47,592 nt of DNA from the IMG/VR virus record IMGVR_UViG_3300037297_000139, positions 1 to 47,592 of that record; one strand, given 5' to 3'. Under the pieces are notes generated by a model. That model saw nothing but the letters and a program-made list of their open reading frames with translations. It had not been told where the DNA came from and did not search any database. The translations under genes and the position numbers were made by a program. How positions within the stretch are numbered: the stretch's first letter is position 1; each line of letters begins with the position of its first letter. This document shows, piece after piece, positions 43,043 to 47,592 of this stretch. The stretch is from a virus.

Positions 43043-43061
43043 GCCACCCGTTGGGGGTGGC
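43043..43061 (-). promoter_or_regulatory. Intergenic hairpin (7-bp stem, 5-nt loop) just upstream of an SD
   Basis: On the plus strand it reads GCCACCC GTTGG GGGTGGC. It lies in the 78-nt gap between genes 43108.. and ..43029. Confidence 0.45.
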
Positions 43062-43107
43062 GGTGCAGATCCATAATAGGACGCAAGACAGGGTCACGGC
43101 GCAGCGA

Positions 43108-43554
43108 TCATGCCTTGAACACGAAATCGATCCGCTCGGCCAACGCTGCGCCGGGGACCGGCTGTCGCTGTACCAGATCGCGCTTGATTTGCGGCAGCGC
43201 GGGGGCCCCGAGGTACTGTCGCGGTAGCGCGTCAACGTCCGACACCGTGGCCACGGTCACATGCCGCACGCTGCAGCCGTCCGGCACTGCGACAGCGGGG
43301 GCTTCAATGCCTGCCTTCAAGGCGGCGGTTCTGGCCTGACTTGCTTGCTTGTAGTTTCGCACGCACTCCGACGTCCAGCGCTGTTCAGCTAGCGCATGAT
43401 CGGCGAGGGTTTGCCGCAACGCCCCCGTCGCTTCAGCGATAGCAGCCTTGAGAGGCGCTTCGATTTCAGCGATCTTCTGCTTGGTGTCAGCCAGCTGTGC
43501 TCGCAGGTACGCCAGAATTTCTAGGTCTCGGTACAGTGTCGGGTGCTGATTCAT
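43108..43554 (-). CDS. Siphovirus Gp157-like protein
   Basis: 148 aa from ATG 43554 (ATGA overlap). N-terminal coiled coil, then C-terminal DVDALPRQYL..PQIKRDLVQRQPVPGAAL as in the Gp157 family. Confidence 0.6.
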   Translation of the reverse strand: MNQHPTLYRDLEILAYLRAQLADTKQKIAEIEAPLKAAIAEATGALRQTLADHALAEQRWTSECVRNYKQASQARTAALKAGIEAPAVAVPDGCSVRHVTVATVSDVDALPRQYLGAPALPQIKRDLVQRQPVPGAALAERIDFVFKA

Positions 43555-44030
43555 GGCAGACGCTCCTTGATCCACGCGGTCAACGTGTCGGGGATCTCCC
43601 CCAAGTGTTTGGCTTCGAAGCGGGGCAAGGCGTGCTCGCCTGCCCACTTGAACTCGTTCACCGCGCCAGTGCTTCGTTCCCAACCCGGCGCCATTAGGAT
43701 CGCATCGCACGCGGCCAGAAGCGACAGCGTCGCTTCGTACCAGAAGGCATTGGTCAGGGTGCCTTCTAGCTCGGCCGTCATGGTGTGTGGACACACTGGC
43801 GACGCGCCGGCTTCGGCGATCGGAAGCATGAACGTCGCAGCGCGACGGACGTTGGCTAGGACACCAGCCTTGTTCGGAGCCCCGAACGGCGCGGCAATGT
43901 ACACCCGAGGCCGCATGCGTTCGATCCAAAGGGGGAATGGCGGTAGACGAATACCAGAAGAGGCGCACACCTTGCACCTAGGTTCATCTGGTAGAGCCAG
44001 TCCGTAGTGACACGTTATGCAGTCTTTCAC
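43551..44030 (-). CDS. DUF1937/DUF4406-type nucleoside 2-deoxyribosyltransferase-like protein with an N-terminal zinc ribbon
   Basis: 159 aa from GTG 44030 (GTGA overlap). Contains CITCHYG..CKVCASSG, then RVYIAAPFGAPN and CDAILMAPGWERSTGAVNEF. Confidence 0.75.
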   Translation of the reverse strand: MKDCITCHYGLALPDEPRCKVCASSGIRLPPFPLWIERMRPRVYIAAPFGAPNKAGVLANVRRAATFMLPIAEAGASPVCPHTMTAELEGTLTNAFWYEATLSLLAACDAILMAPGWERSTGAVNEFKWAGEHALPRFEAKHLGEIPDTLTAWIKERLP

Positions 44031-44515
44031 GGTTTGATCCTCCACGGTTTCGGCGCAAGCCAGCAGGCCCACGCGATCATGATTGACTCATACAAGTCTA
44101 CTCGACGCTCGGGGGACACGCTAGGGAAAAGCGCGGCTTCGGCTGGCAGCAACGAAGCCTCGCAGCGTTTCGACAGTACCCCCTTGCGCGCTCCGCGCGT
44201 ACGCAAGGCCGCTCGCCATTCGTCCACCAGCAGCGCGTGAGGCTCTCCCCCCAGGGCGGCTTGGGCGCGCGCTAGCTGCCACCCTGCCGTGAATGCGAGC
44301 GTGAGGATCCGAGTCGCTTTCCGTGGTCCCTTGATCCACTGCAACTCAACGGCGATGCGGTCCACGCTTCCGGCAGGCAAGACGGGGCACTGTGCCCACA
44401 CACCGATCACAACAGGCAACGGGGGCGCTTTGAAGTACCGCCGAGGTACGCGCGCCGCGTCATCAATCAGACAGTAGCCCGGTTTTGCACCCGGGTCGAT
44501 TCCTAGGATCCTCAT
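44027..44515 (-). CDS. RuvC-like Holliday junction resolvase
   Basis: 162 aa from ATG 44515 (ATGA overlap with the polymerase stop). The N-terminus MRILGIDPGAKPGYCLID is the classic RuvC motif. Confidence 0.8.
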   Translation of the reverse strand: MRILGIDPGAKPGYCLIDDAARVPRRYFKAPPLPVVIGVWAQCPVLPAGSVDRIAVELQWIKGPRKATRILTLAFTAGWQLARAQAALGGEPHALLVDEWRAALRTRGARKGVLSKRCEASLLPAEAALFPSVSPERRVDLYESIMIAWACWLAPKPWRIKP

Positions 44516-46365
44516 GCGGCCTCCGGCCAAATGCACAGTTCCCCGTTGCGGACGATCCGCTTCGCCTTCTTTGACCAAAAGGCCATGGCTTTCGCTTCAG
44601 CTCCGATCCGTACGTCCGGCAAGTACTTGCGGGGGACGTTGCACATAATCCACTCAAGAGCCGCGGCGGTTTGCGTCTGCCACCCGATCGGCACTTCCCA
44701 AATGAATTCGTCATGTACGAAGTTGACCATGGCCCCGACGATCTGTCCGCGCAATCGAGCTTTGAGCATTTCCCAGCCACACGCTGCTTCGACCGTCGCG
44801 CCGAGGGATTGGAAGCCGTTATTGCATGCGGAGCAATACGTGCATCCGCGACGGGTGATTGTGGTGCCGGGGATGGGAACTGACCGCCGACCGTGCGCAT
44901 CTTCAGGTAAGGACGAAACCCAGTCGAGGTAGGCTTTGCCATCCGGGACAGCTTGCTCCCACGCTTTGATATACCGGCGCGTTTCGGCTTCGCTCCAATC
45001 GAGGTGATAGATCTGTTTGGCAATGAAGCGGAGCGTTTTCCAGCCGGCCCCACCGGGGCGCCCGAAGTTGATAGGCTTGACCGCATTCCGCACGTTGCCG
45101 AAAGCTTCGTCGCCAGCTTCGTGCAATGCGACCGCTTGCTCGTAGCTGCAGCAGTGCACTTGCGCCGCGACTAGACAGTGTAGGTCACCGCCGGAATTCA
45201 GGAAGTCACACAGGCGGGACCGCCGTAGGTTCGTCTTGATCACTTGCGCGAGCGTCGCATTCTCAAGGCCACCGTGGTCAATCGCTACGAAGCAGAACCC
45301 TCGCCGCGGTTCGAAGCATTCTCGGATCCCAGCCTTGCGCCGGATGTTGGTCACGTTCGGATTGCTCGACGTGATCCGGGTCGTGTCCGCCATTCCCCAC
45401 TTCGTGTGAATCGGTTCAACTGTCCCGCGCTCGAACGCTGGCAGGACCGTGTTCTCCACTGAACTCCACTCGCCCAGCTCTGCCAGAGCTTCTAGGCGGG
45501 AGTCCCCCGATTCTTCCAGCGTCGCGCGGGCCGTGCTCACTTGTGGGACGAATTTACTTTTGGCCTTGCGCCCCTTCTGCTCTTTCGTCATGGGCGGCCG
45601 GCCGCTGTACGCTTCGGAGACCAGCATCCGGAGCGCTTTCATGTCGCGCGTGCCATCTGCGCGCATGACTCCCAAAGCTTTCGCTTGTGCGCGCAGATCG
45701 CCCAAGTGTTCCGCCGCCGCAACCCGCAACCCTTCGATCTTGGCTGGGTTGGTTCGTAGCCCGTACGCTCGGATGCATTCGAGCCACAGCCGCTTACGTG
45801 TCAAGAAAGCAACGTCCCGCCAGTGAATCAACCCCTTGTCGATCCATCGGGCCTTCTGTCGTTCGTACACTGCGAGTGCCGCAAGCGAATCGTCGATTGC
45901 GTATCGCTTCTGAGCCTCCGAGTAGTCGGTCAACGGCCTGTTGAGCAACGGACCGTAAGACAAGCGGACTTCGTCTTTGGGAAGGTGTCCAAACCCGTGC
46001 GCCGCGTAGAGTACGTCAAGCGAGAGTACTTTCCTTGGGGTGAGTCCACCGATTTCGGCGAGCCGTTCGATCACCCAAGTATCCCCGATGCGATCCGCTT
46101 CCAGTGCGGCGATCACTTCTTCAGTGCAACCCCACCAAGCCAACGCACAAGCCAGATCATAGGTGACGTTATGCCCTATCAGGGGGACGTCTGACCGAAG
46201 CATCCCCACGAAGACGTCGCGCGCTTCTGGTGTTGGATGCAGGCTAGGGCCGCTTGTGCTCATGCACACCGGCGGCGGGGCCTGCAGTGCCGGCTGTATC
46301 AGGAGGGTTTCGAAGTCGAAGGCTAGCACTGCTACCCCCGCGAAGTCCCCCGTTGCGGCTTCCAC
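44512..46365 (-). CDS. polA: Family A DNA polymerase with 3'-5' exonuclease domain
   Basis: 617 aa, GTG start. Exo motifs: VLAFDFET, GHNVTYDL, YAIDDSLAAL. Pol motif A: IDHGGLENATLA. Motif B: RNAVKPINFGRPGG. Motif C: NFVHDEF. Confidence 0.92.
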   Translation of the reverse strand: MEAATGDFAGVAVLAFDFETLLIQPALQAPPPVCMSTSGPSLHPTPEARDVFVGMLRSDVPLIGHNVTYDLACALAWWGCTEEVIAALEADRIGDTWVIERLAEIGGLTPRKVLSLDVLYAAHGFGHLPKDEVRLSYGPLLNRPLTDYSEAQKRYAIDDSLAALAVYERQKARWIDKGLIHWRDVAFLTRKRLWLECIRAYGLRTNPAKIEGLRVAAAEHLGDLRAQAKALGVMRADGTRDMKALRMLVSEAYSGRPPMTKEQKGRKAKSKFVPQVSTARATLEESGDSRLEALAELGEWSSVENTVLPAFERGTVEPIHTKWGMADTTRITSSNPNVTNIRRKAGIRECFEPRRGFCFVAIDHGGLENATLAQVIKTNLRRSRLCDFLNSGGDLHCLVAAQVHCCSYEQAVALHEAGDEAFGNVRNAVKPINFGRPGGAGWKTLRFIAKQIYHLDWSEAETRRYIKAWEQAVPDGKAYLDWVSSLPEDAHGRRSVPIPGTTITRRGCTYCSACNNGFQSLGATVEAACGWEMLKARLRGQIVGAMVNFVHDEFIWEVPIGWQTQTAAALEWIMCNVPRKYLPDVRIGAEAKAMAFWSKKAKRIVRNGELCIWPEAA

Positions 46366-46553
46366 ACCATGCCGTCGTGCACGTTGCGTCGGCGCAGCGT
46401 CGTGCTCGGGTGCCGTACCACGAACCGATCGCTAAACCAAATCAGCGGATCGATTTCTTCCGGGTACACTGCAGCAACACGAAGCACGCGGTTGAAGTTG
46501 CGGACGGTTTGCGCTTCTGAACGAGCGCGGCGGTGAGTGCGCGAGCGGATCAT
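46332..46553 (-). CDS. Hypothetical basic protein (73 aa)
   Basis: ATG 46553 forms an ATGA overlap with the stop of the Cys-repeat ORF. High GC3. It overlaps the polymerase start by 34 nt. Confidence 0.5.
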   Translation of the reverse strand: MIRSRTHRRARSEAQTVRNFNRVLRVAAVYPEEIDPLIWFSDRFVVRHPSTTLRRRNVHDGMVWKPQRGTSRG

Positions 46554-46930
46554 TCTGTGGGTGTCCAATCCCCGAAGGGGGTCCAATGGATTGAGTCGGC
46601 GCAAACTAGACCGGCCTGCTTGGTGCAGTCCGAGCAGGCCACGCAGGCCACGCAGCGCGAGCAGTCCGAGCAGGCCACGCAGGCCACGCAGCGCGAGCAG
46701 TCCGAGCAGGCCACGCAGGCCACGCAGCGCGAGCAGTCCGAGCAGTCCGAGCACCACAAGCAGCGCGAGCAGTCCGAGCAGTCCGAGCAGTCCGAACAAC
46801 CTGAGCAGTCCGAGCAGTCCGAGCAGTCCGAACAACCTGAGCAGTCCGAACAACCTGAGCAGCCCAAGCACCACGAGCACCACGAGCACCACAAGCAGCG
46901 CGAGCAGCTTTCGCAACCTACATTTCGCAT
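46550..46930 (-). CDS. Hyper-cysteine-rich repeat protein, (Cys-x-x)33
   Basis: 126 aa. GGAAGGAG + 7 nt + ATG 46930. Cys occupies every third residue from 6 to 102. All third codon positions in the repeat are G/C. The stop is coupled by ATGA to the next ORF. Other frames are also open, so the frame choice is provisional. Confidence 0.5.
   Translation of the reverse strand: MRNVGCESCSRCLWCSWCSWCLGCSGCSDCSGCSDCSDCSDCSGCSDCSDCSDCSRCLWCSDCSDCSRCVACVACSDCSRCVACVACSDCSRCVACVACSDCTKQAGLVCADSIHWTPFGDWTPTE
46625..46903. repeat. 36-bp tandem array (six clean units 46625..46840, degenerate tail to about 46903) with 9-bp sub-periodicity
   Basis: Three identical units gcagtccgagcaggccacgcaggccacgcagcgcga, one variant, two identical units gcagtccgagcagtccgagcagtccgaacaacctga, then partial units. 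Confidence 0.95.
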
Positions 46931-46999
46931 GATCGATCTCCTTCCCTTGGACCCCGCCGCCGGGCTTGCTCCGGCGTGCCGCTAGTGCGGGGTGCGCGA

Positions 47000-47592
47000 C
47001 TATCGCGTAGCCGGTGCAAAGTCGCGGTTCGTGCGCGGACCCTTGTCGGTCTGCCGAACGGTTTGAGTCAGCGTGAACAGCATGCCGATTGAAGGAACCG
47101 TTGCGGATGCCTGCATGAGTTGGACCTTTGCGGCGTCCACGTCGAAGGCATCGTCTCGGAGCTCGCGCCCGAAGACCGCGGCGACCAGGGAGCCGAGCTG
47201 TCCGAGGACAACCCGATTCTTCTGCTCGTCGATTCCGTGGGCCTGTGGGTTGTACTTGAAGATCAACGCGCGTTGATACCCGACTGCAAGCGCTGGATTG
47301 TTCGATTCCAACACGGTCACGTTAGCGCAGTAGTGCGGCCCGTTGTAGCCGTGCTTGTGAACGAGCGTGTCGAGCCGAAGCGTCGCCTGGAATTCGAGCT
47401 CGAACGGGATCAACGGAGCGCCCTGGCTGTAGTCCCGGATCTCTCGTGAGTTGAGCGACGGCTCTGGGCCAGTCGGGGGCGGCGGGTAGCCCGGGGCCGC
47501 AGCGGGGGCAGTCGGGGGCGGCGGGTAGCCCGGGACCGCAGCGGGGCCAGTCGGGGGCGGAGGGTAGCCCGGGACCGCAGCGGGGGCAGTCG
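47000..47592 (-). CDS. Pro-rich tandem-repeat protein, 3' part with a globular C-terminal domain (enters from the right edge)
   Basis: The frame is open from 47592 down to the stop at 47000. It reads repeats ..PGYPPPPTGPEPSLNSREIRDYSQGAPLIPFELEF.. and then ~150 aa of non-repetitive sequence. The track's M at 47413 is a TTG inside this longer frame. Confidence 0.75.
   Translation of the reverse strand, partial: TAPAAVPGYPPPPTGPAAVPGYPPPPTAPAAAPGYPPPPTGPEPSLNSREIRDYSQGAPLIPFELEFQATLRLDTLVHKHGYNGPHYCANVTVLESNNPALAVGYQRALIFKYNPQAHGIDEQKNRVVLGQLGSLVAAVFGRELRDDAFDVDAAKVQLMQASATVPSIGMLFTLTQTVRQTDKGPRTNRDFAPATR
47469..47592. repeat. 39-bp tandem repeat (about three units), same family as 1..328
   Basis: ccagtcgggggcggcgggtagcccggggccgcagcggggg... 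The final 34 nt are identical to nt 1..34. Confidence 0.95.

Noticed and set aside
46332-46985. Alternative readings of the 36-bp repeat: the Leu-rich minus frame (46332..46916), the plus-strand EQS-rich ORF (46533..46985) and the SSP-rich ORF (46537..46932).
   Set aside because: The Leu-rich frame starts at a TTG with no SD and has poorer third-position G/C. The plus-strand ORFs oppose every neighbouring gene and lack an SD. This rejection is not definitive, because the EQS frame also has all-G/C third positions.
1-47592. A lysogeny module (integrase, CI/Cro-type repressor, attachment site) or flanking bacterial genes.
   Set aside because: I recognised none. The ends close on themselves. 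The AbrB-like early protein is the only DNA-binder-like candidate and is not in a repressor-type position.

Overview
This high-GC window reads as an entire dsDNA phage genome with a contractile tail, not as bacterial chromosome. The last 34 nt equal the first 34 nt. Both ends lie inside one 39-bp tandem repeat, and joining them closes a single ORF in frame.

Layout:
(1) A long minus-strand block runs from 36289 down to 413. It holds a leader gene of unknown function, two very large lectin/propeller proteins and a scattered lysis set (SLT-like enzyme, lipoprotein, LL-H-type holin, secreted trypsin-like lipoprotein, NlpC/P60-like peptidase). Then come a TerS candidate, an Orn-like exonuclease plus a half-methyltransferase, TerL, portal, MuF, scaffold/protease, decoration protein, major capsid and connector proteins. 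These are followed by sheath, tube, a G/GT chaperone pair with a TTTTTTC -1 slippery site, tape measure, baseplate and a BNR tail fibre. The block ends with a primase-helicase, a Cas4-like nuclease fused to an E2-type peripheral-subunit-binding domain, and an SNF2-type helicase.
(2) The same strand continues through the window ends from 47592 down to 40930. It encodes a Pro-rich repeat protein, a (Cys-x-x)33 repeat protein, a family A DNA polymerase, a RuvC-like resolvase and several nucleotide-metabolism-type genes.
(3) A plus-strand block at 36653..40843 holds 11 small genes fed from an AT-richer divergent promoter region. Several are separated by GC-clamp tetraloop hairpins.

I saw no integrase, repressor, transposase, tRNA, rRNA or CRISPR array.

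All family names come from by-eye motif recognition on the supplied translations and need HMM or structure confirmation. Start codons are often GTG/TTG and several are uncertain. Many long ORFs in the track are antisense or alternate-frame artefacts of the high GC content and are not listed as genes.
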